A DNA stretch of 45,782 bases, taken from positions 1-45,782 of IMG/VR virus record IMGVR_UViG_3300038313_000365. One strand, written 5' to 3'. Both the position numbers and the translations under genes were made by a program. This DNA comes from a virus. Lineage: Duplodnaviria > Caudoviricetes. Positions within the stretch are counted from its first letter, which is position 1, and each line of letters begins with the position of its first letter. The notes under the pieces were generated by a model. That model saw nothing but the letters and a program-made list of their open reading frames with translations, had not been told where the DNA came from and searched no databases. Shown one piece after another: positions 19,597-30,500 of the stretch.

Positions 19597-20290
19597 TATT
19601 TTCATTGGTTTATTGTTTTAATTTTTATAAACTTTTGTAATACTTTTTATTTGGTTTATTATTAATTTTGTTCGTTAAATCTGTGTATAACGACAAAGTT
19701 AATATTTTTCACCAAATCTTAAAAAACCATTAAAAAAAAATTTTCCAAAACTTTATAATCAAAAAAATAAATTCAGAATTATTAATGAAAATAATTATAG
19801 TAGAAAATTATTAAAAATTTACCTAAAATAAAACTTAATAAAGTGGTGTAAATTAACAGTTACACCTACATCAACTATAAGTAAATAGAACATTTCGAAA
19901 ATGTTTAGAAATGGTGAAAAAAATAAATAAGTTTAAAACCTTAAAAATATTTAAAGAATTTATAAATACATTAAAAATGGGGGAAAACCTAAAAATATTA
20001 AGTTAAAATATTAATCATTAACCAATACACAATTTTTTATTTAAAAGAACAATATAAATATCTTTTATTAAAAAAATTTTCTTTAATATCCTATGGTGGA
20101 TTTTAGTATTTAATTTTACTAGTCCACCTAAAACCATAAAATGTTCAACACGAAAAAATTGCCTTTTAATAAAAAATTGTATTTTTTTTATAAATTGTAG
20201 AAATTAGAAATTTTTTTAATATATGTAAGGTAATATTAAAAAAATATTAATTTTTTTACTCCCTTTTTTTTATTCTAATTCTACAATTTA
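19597..20290. repeat. Cluster of inverted repeats in the non-coding gap
   Basis: Arms 19661-19677/19688-19703 with outer TATTTTCATT/AATGAAAATA; GGTGGA/TCCACC at 20095-20128; TAAATTGTAGAAATTAGAA/TTCTAATTCTACAATTTA at 20191-20290 enclosing a 12-bp inner stem. Confidence 0.75.
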
Positions 20291-20347
20291 ATTTTTTTTA
20301 AAAAAAACTCTTTTTATCAATTTTATTTTAATTTCAAATATTTTTAC

Positions 20348-20355
20348 TTTATATA
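20348..20355 (+). promoter_or_regulatory. TATA box about 26 nt upstream of ATG 20378 (leaderless spacing)
   Basis: TTTATATA; no clear RBS before the ATG. Confidence 0.45.
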
Positions 20356-20377
20356 CATTATAGGATTTTTTTTTATT

Positions 20378-21061
20378 ATGGCAAATGATACAATTACAGT
20401 TAATATGTACCCTTCTTGTGGTTATTGTAAAAATCAAAGCGATTATGCTGGTTATAAACAGTATACTAAGACTTGGAAAAACTTATGTACTAGTACTACT
20501 TGTAATTCTAAGTATCCAGGTACTTTGGAAAATAATCCAAAAGGGGTTAAAGAAGGAGAAATTACCTGCAGCAAATGTGATAGTGATTATTGTGGATTCT
20601 GCGGAACTGAAAAAAGTGGTAGTGGAAGATTCAAACTTATAAGTGCAGATGCAAATACAAAAGATGAATCTGATACAAGTGATTCTAATACTACATGTAC
20701 CTATTGGGAGATGATTCTGGATCTTATAGCGCCACTTGATGGTGAAATTGAATGTAGAGTGGAAGGTGATAAAGTTTTCATAAATAAGATTCCAGAACCT
20801 GAAAAATCAGATTTATGGATTCGTGAAGGAGTGAATTTAACTAGTGATAATTTAACTCTTACAGATTATAATCCAGAAACTTATAATACTTTTATTATTC
20901 ATTGGTTAGGTGGTACTATAATTTTAACTGATAATTTTTTAATAAATCGTTTTGGATTAAAAATATTAGAAAAGGATGCAACAGAAAAAAGTACAAATAT
21001 TAATAAAAGTACAAGTACAGATACATCAAACACAACAGATTCAAGTGTTTCAACAAATTAA
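20378..21061 (+). CDS. Hub fragment 3 with Cys-rich N-terminal domain
   Basis: CGYC, CTSTTC and CSKCDSDYCGFC clusters, followed by hub-like TYWEMILDL...ECRVEGDKVFI...IREGVNL...LINRFG. Confidence 0.55.
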   Translation: MANDTITVNMYPSCGYCKNQSDYAGYKQYTKTWKNLCTSTTCNSKYPGTLENNPKGVKEGEITCSKCDSDYCGFCGTEKSGSGRFKLISADANTKDESDTSDSNTTCTYWEMILDLIAPLDGEIECRVEGDKVFINKIPEPEKSDLWIREGVNLTSDNLTLTDYNPETYNTFIIHWLGGTIILTDNFLINRFGLKILEKDATEKSTNINKSTSTDTSNTTDSSVSTN

Positions 21062-21091
21062 AATTATGGAGGGAAAAATTTTTTTATTTAA

Positions 21092-21784
21092 ATGGTAAAA
21101 AAGATTAAGGCAGGAAAGTCCACAAACTATTATACTCGAGAAAGTAATGGTAATTATATTCTACGAGATAAATCTGGACATTTAAAAAAAGTCATTAAAC
21201 GTGGATCTCTTCAAGCACGAAAAGTAAGTAAAAGAGCACAATCCGCAAAAAGTACTAAAAAAAATAGTACAAAAACTACTAGTTCAAACACTACAAGCAC
21301 TACACCTACAAACAATTCTTCAAATACTAATTCCAGTGAAACTAATGAAACTGAATCTACAAATACTGAAACTGTAAAAGAAGATTTAATAAGTAATTTC
21401 ACAGATGCTTACAAGTTTGCTAAAAAAGAATTTTACAAAGCAAAACGTGACAATGGTCATATTTTAGAATGTAAAGTCATTGGATCCAGTAAATGGAAAC
21501 AAGGAAAATGGGCATACTGTTATATTCCAGATTATAAAATCCATGATTACATGTACATCACCAAGGCATCACATGAAATAGATGATGATGGAAAATGGTT
21601 AACAAGTTTAACATTGCAAGATTACCCACCATCACTAAGCTCAGGAGAAAGTAATGATCCAAGCAAAACAAAGGATAGTAGTACAGATTCTAGTTGTGAA
21701 GTAGGAACAAGTGATGATGGAACAAGTACAAACAGTACAGACTCCACTAATTCTTCAACTTCATCAACAAGCAGTACAGGATAA
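21092..21784 (+). CDS. Hub fragment 4: basic leader plus C-terminal hub barrel
   Basis: LECKVIGSSKWKQGKW...MYITKASHEI...WLTSLTL matches the C-terminal pattern of late-control-D/gp27-like hubs. Confidence 0.65.
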   Translation: MVKKIKAGKSTNYYTRESNGNYILRDKSGHLKKVIKRGSLQARKVSKRAQSAKSTKKNSTKTTSSNTTSTTPTNNSSNTNSSETNETESTNTETVKEDLISNFTDAYKFAKKEFYKAKRDNGHILECKVIGSSKWKQGKWAYCYIPDYKIHDYMYITKASHEIDDDGKWLTSLTLQDYPPSLSSGESNDPSKTKDSSTDSSCEVGTSDDGTSTNSTDSTNSSTSSTSSTG

Positions 21785-21790
21785 AATATT

Positions 21791-22531
21791 ATGGTTAAGA
21801 AAGCACAAGATGTAGTACTAACACCTGGAAGAGGACCTATAGCATTAAATAATGTTATTAATACGATTGGTGGTAAGGTTACTGCAAAAGAAGTGAAAAG
21901 TAAAAATGAAAACTTAAAAATTCGCACTGGAAAAGTAGTGCGTTTTTATCCTCAAACTGATAAGGTTAGTGTGGAATTAGATGATACTGGAAAAGTAGTA
22001 CGATGTGTGATGCTCCATAACTTGGCAGTTTCAGGGGAAGCAACAATTAGTTTCACACCATCAGGAAGCATAAGTACTGATGTGGAAAATGATAATGAAT
22101 ATTCCATAATTCCTTTTAATGAGCATATTGCTGCAGTATTGAATATTAAGGATAGTTTGAATAAATCTGAGTATTTATGTTTAGGGTTTATTAGTAAGGA
22201 TTCATCTCTTATTAAAAGCAATGCTAGTGTTGGAGAGTATTTGGTTTCTAATGATAATAGTAAAATCAGTGTGAAACAATCCGAGGTGAATATTAGTAGT
22301 GAGAATTTATATTTGAATGGTAATAGGATTCAATCTACTGATGATTTAGTTAAGATTTTTGCAAAAAAAGAGGAGCTTAAGGATTCTTTAGATAATATTG
22401 GGAGTTTAAAATTAAAATCAGAAAATAATGATGAGATTAATAGTGAATCTTTAAGTTTTATAATTGGGGATTTAAAAAAAAGAGTAAGTGAATTAGAAAA
22501 CAATTTAAAAATATTAAATAATGGGGAATAA
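21791..22531 (+). CDS. Baseplate spike (gpV/gp45-like)
   Basis: OB-fold start IRTGKVVRFYP...VSVEL, beta-rich middle, and position after the hub. Confidence 0.65.
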   Translation: MVKKAQDVVLTPGRGPIALNNVINTIGGKVTAKEVKSKNENLKIRTGKVVRFYPQTDKVSVELDDTGKVVRCVMLHNLAVSGEATISFTPSGSISTDVENDNEYSIIPFNEHIAAVLNIKDSLNKSEYLCLGFISKDSSLIKSNASVGEYLVSNDNSKISVKQSEVNISSENLYLNGNRIQSTDDLVKIFAKKEELKDSLDNIGSLKLKSENNDEINSESLSFIIGDLKKRVSELENNLKILNNGE

Positions 22532-23501
22532 GTTTAAGTTAATGAGTGGTAATGGGAAATCTGAAAATCTAAGTGCTTTAGGTTATGATATAGAAATACA
22601 ATCCTCTCCAGAAGGCCATATTCATGATTTTAATCATTGGGATTTAATTATGGAGAATGATGATTACACCATCACTTCAGGCGAAGATACCTTATTTAAT
22701 GCTTGCGTGATAGCAGTGCTTACTGGTTATAATGAGATTGGTGATAAGTATGGGAATGAAACATACTCCGAATTTGGTGATCCTGCTTATGAATTATTAA
22801 AAACTAATAAGTCTGAGTTGGTGAAGTTTAAGATTGAAGAGTACATTAAGAAAGTTTTAAAAAATATTCGAAGAGTAATGGAAATTGTGGAAGTAGTGGT
22901 AAGTGAAGATGAGTTTAATCCTTATGCTTATAATGTTTTCTTTCATGTGATTGGTTTAGATGATGAACATGCCTCCGGTGAGGTTAATCTTGGTTCTGGT
23001 AAAGATGAGAAGTATGCTACTACTTGTAGGATTCGGGATTTAACAAATAATAATATATTAATTATAAGATCCAATGAAGGAGTCATGATTCAAGCCTTAC
23101 TAAAGGATAGTAGGAACAGGGGAGTGAGTAAGGAGTTATTAACTTTAAATTCCATTATGGGTTTGGATGAGGATACTAAACTTACAAACAATACTGGATC
23201 TGTAACATATTTATATATTCCAAACAAGAGCATTGATGAAGATAATATTTATGTAAGTTATAATGGTAGTTCTAGTTTTAAACCATGTATTAGTAATACT
23301 TTGAGGGTATTGTATTTATTTTTTAGTTTGAAAATTGTAGATGGGGAATTAATTTATACTTATGATGATGATTATTATCATCCTGATTTTAAATTAAATA
23401 GTGAGGGTGAGTTGATTATGACATATGATCCTGGGAAGTTAAGTTTTAATAATATATATTTAAATGATAATGGTAATTTGATTATGGAGATTAAAGGGTA
23501 A
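22521..23501 (+). CDS. Baseplate wedge/sheath initiator (gp25/gp46-like) with C-terminal Ig-like extension
   Basis: YSEFG...IEEYIKKVLKNIRRV motif; C-terminal LKDSRNRGV...TNNTGSV...VSYNGSSSF is Big-type. Confidence 0.65.
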   Translation: MGNKFKLMSGNGKSENLSALGYDIEIQSSPEGHIHDFNHWDLIMENDDYTITSGEDTLFNACVIAVLTGYNEIGDKYGNETYSEFGDPAYELLKTNKSELVKFKIEEYIKKVLKNIRRVMEIVEVVVSEDEFNPYAYNVFFHVIGLDDEHASGEVNLGSGKDEKYATTCRIRDLTNNNILIIRSNEGVMIQALLKDSRNRGVSKELLTLNSIMGLDEDTKLTNNTGSVTYLYIPNKSIDEDNIYVSYNGSSSFKPCISNTLRVLYLFFSLKIVDGELIYTYDDDYYHPDFKLNSEGELIMTYDPGKLSFNNIYLNDNGNLIMEIKG

Positions 23502-24520
23502 TGGTAGAACAGAATGTTAATTTAGGAATAGTGAAACTCTTATACTCTGCTTTAAGTGATGAGGAGAAAAAGGAGATTACAGGTAGGAGTATTGAGTATA
23601 TTATTGATAATGTGAATCATCGTATAGGTTTTCGCGTTGAAGGTGAAACCAATTATACTTATACTGATTCTCTTAAAGGTGAACAAGGTATTCAGGGTAT
23701 TCAAGGAGTGCAAGGGGTTAAGGGTGATGCTTTTAAGTATTCTGATTTCACAACTGAACAGTTAGCTAGTCTTAAGGGGGAAAAAGGTGATATTGGGAGT
23801 ATTGGTCCTCAAGGTGAGAAAGGTGATACTGGTGTTATTGAAATAAAGAGAAGTATTGTAAGTTCTTTTAGTGATTTACCTGTAAATGGTGATAATGGGA
23901 CAATCTATCTTGTTCCAATTACTGGTGAGGATATAAATGTTTATGAGGAATATTTATACATTACAGAAACTGGTAAGTATGAGAAAATTGGGAGTAGTAA
24001 AACTGATTTAACTGATTATTATAATAAAACTGCAATTGATACTGCATTAAGTAATAAAGCAAATACAGGTAATGTTTATACTAAAAGTGAAGTTGATACT
24101 GCATTAAGTACTAAGGCTAATATTAGTGATGTTTATACTAAAAGTGAAGTTGATACTTCTCTAAATACTAAGGCTAATGTTAGCACTACTTATAGTAAAA
24201 CTGAAACTGATATATTATTTAATAATAAAGCAAACACTACTCATACTCATGTTTCAGGTGATATTACTGATTTACAAACAACCTTATCACCTTATGCTAG
24301 TGTTGAAACTGTTAATATGAAAGCAAACTCTACTGATGTTTATACTAAGGCGGAAGTAGATACAAAAGTTAGTAGTATTGATTTATCATCTTATTATACG
24401 AAAACTGAAGTTGATACTAAGGTGAGTAGTATTGATTTATCTTCTTATTATACGAAAACTGAAGTGGATGCTAAATTTGGTGATGTTGAAACAGTATTGA
24501 ATAGTATTTTAGGAGTTTAA
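23501..24520 (+). CDS. Tail fibre protein with collagen-like and YTK(S/T)EVD repeats
   Basis: GEQGIQGIQGVQGVKGD and GEKGDIGSIGPQGEKGD triplets; 19-aa and 18-aa tandem repeats. Confidence 0.8.
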   Translation: MVEQNVNLGIVKLLYSALSDEEKKEITGRSIEYIIDNVNHRIGFRVEGETNYTYTDSLKGEQGIQGIQGVQGVKGDAFKYSDFTTEQLASLKGEKGDIGSIGPQGEKGDTGVIEIKRSIVSSFSDLPVNGDNGTIYLVPITGEDINVYEEYLYITETGKYEKIGSSKTDLTDYYNKTAIDTALSNKANTGNVYTKSEVDTALSTKANISDVYTKSEVDTSLNTKANVSTTYSKTETDILFNNKANTTHTHVSGDITDLQTTLSPYASVETVNMKANSTDVYTKAEVDTKVSSIDLSSYYTKTEVDTKVSSIDLSSYYTKTEVDAKFGDVETVLNSILGV

Positions 24521-24527
24521 GAGTTTT

Positions 24528-26105
24528 ATGAGTTTGAGTGATAAGTTGGTTTTGCTTAATAATGAGAAGTTGTCTTTGAAAACAGGTTTTGAGGGTTTGG
24601 GTTTTGATATGGCTAGTACTCCTTTTACTAGTTATCATACTTTGATTAGGGATTTGCTTACTGGTCTTGTTGGTGATTATTATGTTAGTAGTGTTTGGGG
24701 TAAGGATTCTAATGATGGTTTAAGTCCTTTAAGTCCTTTTTTAACTTTATCTAAAGCTGTGACTAGTGCAAGTAAAGGTCAAAGTATTGTTGTGATGAGT
24801 GGTGTTTATAAAGGTGTGGATAATTGTGATTTTAAGATAGGTAAGAGTGTTACGATTATTGGTGAGCCTAGTACTTTTTTTGATGGTGAAACAGTTCGGA
24901 GAAGTGGTTGGACTATGAATTATCCTAATTCTATGACTGTTAAAGGTCTTAGTTTTATTAATGGTAATAGTAATGGTGGTAATTCTGGTGCGATTGATAG
25001 TTATACTACGGGTAATACTTTGATTGATTGTAGTTTTATTAATAATATTGGAAGTCAAGGTGGTGCTGTTTATCTTCGTAGTTTTAATGCGAGTAATTGT
25101 AGTTTTATTAATAATTCAGCTAAATATGGTGGTGCTATTTATCTTAATGGTGACAGTAGTATTATAAGTGATTGTAGTTTTATTAATAATTCATCAAATA
25201 TGGATGGAGGAGCAGTTTATAATCGTGGGAAGAGTAATAGTGTTAAGAATAATAATTTCACTAATAATCTTTCAAATCGTCATGGTGGTGCTGTTTATAA
25301 TATGTCAGTGGGCACAGTTACTAATTGTACATTTACTGGTAATAATGCGATTAGTACTGGTGGTGCTGTTTATAATCATATGGGGAATACTATAAGTAAC
25401 AGTACTTTTACTAGTAATATAAGTAATGGTGATGGTGGAGGTGTATATAATTATGGTGCTAGTGCTGGTTATGATGGAAACACGATTTCATCTTGTACTT
25501 TCACAGATAATACAAGTAAAAGTAATGGTGGGGGGATTTATAATAAGTATACAGGTAATATTATTAATGATTCTACTTTCACAGGTAATAGTGCAACTAG
25601 TCTTGGAGGGACAATTTATAATTGTGGGGCTAATACTTTAAATAATAATGATTTACTCACACTTATTGGTTCATATATTTATAATGAACTTACTGGTACT
25701 GTTATTGATAATACTTATTGGAATACAAGTACACCTACAAGTACGGATTATTATTCTACATTAAATGATTGTATTCCAACAAATAATCGTAGTAGTCCTA
25801 ATCATCCTGAAAGATTAAAAACAAGTACTTTAACTTTAAGTGTGGATAATACTAGTATAAGTTCTGGATCAAATCTTGTTTTAACTGGAACTTTAAAAGA
25901 TTTAAATGGAGATTTTATAAGTAATGCTAGTGTTAATTTTTATAAAGATGATACCTTAATAGGTACTAGTAAAACCGATACTTCTGGACTTGCAAGTTTC
26001 ACATACACAACAACAAGTACGGGGGCTTGTGTTTTTAAAGCAGATTATGAAGCTAAATCTTATATTGGAAGTACAAGTCAAAATATTACAGTGACAGTAA
26101 CATAA
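24528..26105 (+). CDS. Beta-helix adhesin-like receptor-binding protein with C-terminal Big domain
   Basis: YYVSS..GKDSNDGLS..SPFLTL start (DUF1565-like), repeated GGAVY/FxNN (Pmp-like) motifs, and an Ig-like end. Confidence 0.8.
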   Translation: MSLSDKLVLLNNEKLSLKTGFEGLGFDMASTPFTSYHTLIRDLLTGLVGDYYVSSVWGKDSNDGLSPLSPFLTLSKAVTSASKGQSIVVMSGVYKGVDNCDFKIGKSVTIIGEPSTFFDGETVRRSGWTMNYPNSMTVKGLSFINGNSNGGNSGAIDSYTTGNTLIDCSFINNIGSQGGAVYLRSFNASNCSFINNSAKYGGAIYLNGDSSIISDCSFINNSSNMDGGAVYNRGKSNSVKNNNFTNNLSNRHGGAVYNMSVGTVTNCTFTGNNAISTGGAVYNHMGNTISNSTFTSNISNGDGGGVYNYGASAGYDGNTISSCTFTDNTSKSNGGGIYNKYTGNIINDSTFTGNSATSLGGTIYNCGANTLNNNDLLTLIGSYIYNELTGTVIDNTYWNTSTPTSTDYYSTLNDCIPTNNRSSPNHPERLKTSTLTLSVDNTSISSGSNLVLTGTLKDLNGDFISNASVNFYKDDTLIGTSKTDTSGLASFTYTTTSTGACVFKADYEAKSYIGSTSQNITVTVT

Positions 26106-26129
26106 GAAAAAGGAGTTAAGATTATTTTT

Positions 26130-26279
26130 ATGTTTAAAACACAAGAAAAATACCAATACCAATCAGTTTACGCAGAATACTGCGTACATTGTAAATACGA
26201 GCAAACAAATGAATGCGACTTAGCATTATACAAGAATAATAATCAATATGAATGTTACAATTACGAGGAGGATGTATGA
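26130..26279 (+). CDS. Small Cys-rich protein (49 aa, not in ORF track)
   Basis: MFKTQEKYQYQSVYAEYCVHCKYEQTNECDLALYKNNNQYECYNYEEDV*; AGGAG upstream; stop overlaps the baseplate J ATG (ATGA). Confidence 0.65.
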   Translation: MFKTQEKYQYQSVYAEYCVHCKYEQTNECDLALYKNNNQYECYNYEEDV

Positions 26280-27526
26280 GTGAAGATGTGAATTTCCGTA
26301 AAAAAGAATACCGTGAATTGTTTTATGCTTACCTTAAAGATGCATACTCTCAAGGATTATTATCAGATGATTCACAATTCCTAAATTATATCCATAATCG
26401 TGAAGATATTGAAAGTAATTATATAATGCAGGCAAGTGTCCATAATAAAACATTAGAAACAGCATACAAGGATATGGGTTTAATTTATAATGCACTAAGT
26501 GTAGACTCTGCTAATGGATCTGATTTGGATAATCTTGGAAATATCCTTGGAATTTATCGAAGACCTGCCACACCATACCTTATTGAAGTCCTCTTTGAAA
26601 TTAAAAACCCATCAAATACTAATATCACCATACCATCTGAAACCATCATAACAACTAAATCGGGTAATATGAGTAAAGCATATTACACTCCAGAAGATGC
26701 AGTTATCTTAGCAGGGAGTAATTATGTTTTAACCTCAGCATTAAGTCTAGAAACTGATGCAATTGCCAAGGTGGGAATAGGGGAAATACAACACATATCA
26801 TCTAACCTTCCATCCACCACCCCAGTAACTGTTAGAAACACTACAGTAAGTACTGGTGGTAAAGCAGTTGAAAGTGATGAAGATTATAGGTCACGGATAC
26901 TTAATTGGACATACACATTAAAACGTGGAACAATAGACTCATACCTTGATTATTTAGATAGTGTGCCGGGTTTACTTGCATATGATTTCATACCTGAATG
27001 GGATGGGGCAGGAACCATAAAAATCATAATAGATCCTGGAACCAACTACTTAATCACTAAGGTTTATAATGGTTTAATAACTAATGTGTGTAATGCTGAT
27101 GAAGACTTAACCGTAGTAGCAGCACAAGAAAAACTTATAGATTTAAACCTTGGAGTGAATGTAAGTATAGATAATCCAACAGAATATACATCTAGTGAGA
27201 AGGTGGAGATTAAGAATATTATTGAAAACCTTATAAGAATCTACATTGATGGTGGAGATGCACTAGAATTTGTAGAACTTGGTGATGGAACCTACCAATT
27301 AGAAACAATAGACTATCCAGGATTAATGATAGGTGAAAATTTCATACCATCACAATGCACTACTTTCATCAACAAACAATTAGACCTACAAGGAAACAAT
27401 ATAGTTAAAAACATAGAATTTAAGATTCCTAAATCTTTTCTAGCTAGTTCTGATACTGATTACTATGGGAACATCACTGATGAGGAAGTTGCTACTACTG
27501 GAAATATTACATTAACAATAAAATAA
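26276..27526 (+). CDS. Baseplate J-like protein
   Basis: ANGSDLDNLGNILGIYRRPAT, GGKAVESDEDYRSRI and GAGTIKIII motifs; ATG after GAGGAGG. Confidence 0.9.
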   Translation: MSEDVNFRKKEYRELFYAYLKDAYSQGLLSDDSQFLNYIHNREDIESNYIMQASVHNKTLETAYKDMGLIYNALSVDSANGSDLDNLGNILGIYRRPATPYLIEVLFEIKNPSNTNITIPSETIITTKSGNMSKAYYTPEDAVILAGSNYVLTSALSLETDAIAKVGIGEIQHISSNLPSTTPVTVRNTTVSTGGKAVESDEDYRSRILNWTYTLKRGTIDSYLDYLDSVPGLLAYDFIPEWDGAGTIKIIIDPGTNYLITKVYNGLITNVCNADEDLTVVAAQEKLIDLNLGVNVSIDNPTEYTSSEKVEIKNIIENLIRIYIDGGDALEFVELGDGTYQLETIDYPGLMIGENFIPSQCTTFINKQLDLQGNNIVKNIEFKIPKSFLASSDTDYYGNITDEEVATTGNITLTIK

Positions 27527-27536
27527 TAGGTGATTT

Positions 27537-30500
27537 ATGAGAATACCGCAAATAGATAAATTATTACACCAATACCCATCATTCTTGGATCGTTGTAAGA
27601 CTAGTAATCATTACCGGGTTAATAATGTGATGAATGATTCTTATAATCATTTAAGAATGGGTTTAAACAAGTTAGATTTAAGTAGAACACTTAATCGTCC
27701 AATACTTATTTGGAAAGAACAAAATCAAAGCAAACACTACACCATCCACTTCCAGGTACATTTAAAGAATATTAAAGAAGTAAACATTTACAATTTAGAT
27801 CCATCCACCCAAAAGTCTGTACTTTTACATAATGAGAGTTTCACTGATGAGAGTGGAACTGAAATCTTTAATTATGAAACAAATGAATTTTCATCTAATA
27901 TTATTCCTAAAACAGAGTACTTAATCACTGTGGAGACTTGGGATGAATATAAATATGTTAAAGGTTTCCCTGAAAATGAGGACAAGACTGGTTTATGGTA
28001 TAATGCTTACCTAGATCCTGATACAAGCCTAGAAGATTATAAGATTCATATTGATTTATACCCTGATGAAGTAGGGGTTATGGGTGATGTGAAAGTTTTC
28101 CAATTACATAATAAAGTTTGGGAAGAGCAAAGTCTTACTTGGCAGAAACAATACCTCAAAACTTACAGTATAAGTGAAATAAAATCTATTCATAACAAGT
28201 TAACTAATATTTTAGAATATGAAGAGCAATGGAAAGATATAGATTTAACCCAATTCAAGGAGAATAAGGAGTATGTGTCCAGTATTCTAGCTAGAGTTAA
28301 TCCTTTTTGGGAGGAAAACTTCACCACTTATTTAGATTCTAATCCAGAATACTTAAAAACATTACTCCATAATAATCAAGAGCTTATATTAGAAAATCTT
28401 AAAAAATATCAAGGAACAGTTAAACAAGTATGGATAAATATAGGTGATAATGATTACATCCCAACAGGAGCCGAAGTTAAATTAACCACAAGTGTGGAGA
28501 AGAAGGAAGAAACATATACTTCAGGTGATGATTACTTCGACCAGGATGAAGGATACACTTGTGACTACCTCCTTTACATCGAATCCACTGATGATTACTT
28601 TATGACTACCTACTTTGGAGCAAAAAATGAATGTTTAAGTGTTAATTGTTTTAATCATGATCAAGTTTTAGATCTCATCGGAGGTAACTTGGATATTCCA
28701 AGATTACAACTAACTCAAGTTAGTCCTTCTGAATATCCTACTACTTATCCTTCTTTTTGTAATCGTTTTGAGGAGGATGATTATCACTATCATAATAGGA
28801 TACAGGAATATATTTTAAGATTACCCTGCAATATTCACAGTAAAGAGGACGCAGATGAAGGAGTACCCAAAGAACTTCTAGAAAACATTATAAGTAAGCC
28901 TACACGTAATTTAACTGAGTTGGAGATTTGGAAAAATCACTTAGTAACCCCAAAATTGTATAATCGTAAACGTTACATCCTCGAACAAGATCAGGATTAT
29001 ATGTGGGAGAGAGTTTGTGATGAGGTAAATGAAGAGCAAAGCCTCCAGACTAGTTTAAGTTTTGTTACAAGCCCCGATGCAGTTATCCTTGATAGGAAAC
29101 TTGTTAAGGTTCATGTGACAAGCAGTGAACTTAATAGTGAAACAAGTAAACCCATAATTGATGATGTACTTGAAGGTAGTGTTACTTTCACTTTTTACTC
29201 TGATAATACAAGGAAAACAGTACAGGAAGCTTGGACTGCACCCGTCCTTGATGGTTATGCGAGTATAAACTTTGTACCTGAATCTTTTAAAGAAATACCT
29301 ATAAGTGCAGTGTACTCAGGTAGTGATTTATACAGTAGTACTGAATTAGTAAATCAGGATCTACAAGTTCATCAAAGACTGCCTAAATTAATTGCTCCAA
29401 TGGTGATGGGAAATCAAGGAGACACTGACCCAGAATATAATCTAAACCTTATAGATTTAAAAGTGGAACTAAGTTATAAGAAAAAACCAGTAAATGTTGG
29501 TAAAATCATATTCTATTATGGGAATAATCAGAGTGTAGGAACAGCAGTTGTGGAAAATGGATTAGCCACCTTTAAAGATTTCACTATACCTTCATCTTGG
29601 GGTGTTGGTGAGCATTATCTTAAAATTAAATACATTGATGAAGAGGATGAAATCTATGCAGACATTGATAGTATTATAAAGATTTTTATCCTTAAAGTTC
29701 CGGATCACTCAAGATTAGATAGTGTTTATTATTTTAATTCTGGACTGGGTTTAAGATTACTAAGTTCACCAGCAGACACAGAAAACTACACACCTTTACC
29801 AGATTGTACTTTACATTTATACCAGAATAAAACTGAAATTGCCCATAATAAAACTGATAATAATGGGTACTCATTTTTTAAATCAAAGGATAATGGTGAG
29901 GATTTTGATTTCACAACTATGGATATTATTAGTGTATATTATCATGGTGATGATGAGCATAGGAAGATTTGGCAGCAAATTTATCCAATTTCAACCCAAT
30001 ATACTCCAATTACTTGTATTAATATGATTTTCATCAACCCCCGAACAGTTTTTTTTAAGTTAAGTGATGGTGATGGTTACACCCTCAAGGGTAAGCCTTT
30101 GATGATTTATTCTAATGGTAAACCTTTACTTAATGATTACATCAGACAAGGTAGTGATTGGATTCGATGGGACCTACCAGGTGATATGGGTGATGAGGAT
30201 ATTTATAGTATAAAATATAATGGAGATAAGTATTATAAACCAGTTATTCGAACAGTGCCAACAAGTAATACTGTGGATGGTTATAATCTTTTTTTACCTG
30301 ATGTTCGTGGGATTGTTGGAGGTACAGCAAGTATTTATGCAAAACTACGTAATAGTCATGGTTATCCGGTAACTGATAAGTATATTAATTTTTATGTGGA
30401 TGATTATAACTTTGGGGGTGCATGGACAGGTACAGATGGAGAAGCTAATATTAATTATCCAGTAAACACCATCAATGCTGATGGAGATTATTTAACAGAC

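Noticed and set aside
19588-20377. Intron or CRISPR array in the non-coding gap
   Set aside because: The flanking ORFs have their own stop and start, no group I/II core is recognisable, and there are no regularly spaced direct repeats.
18508-21238. Diversity-generating retroelement template/variable repeat pair
   Set aside because: Differences between the copies are mostly synonymous and not adenine-specific, the repeats are N-terminal, and there is no reverse transcriptase in the window.
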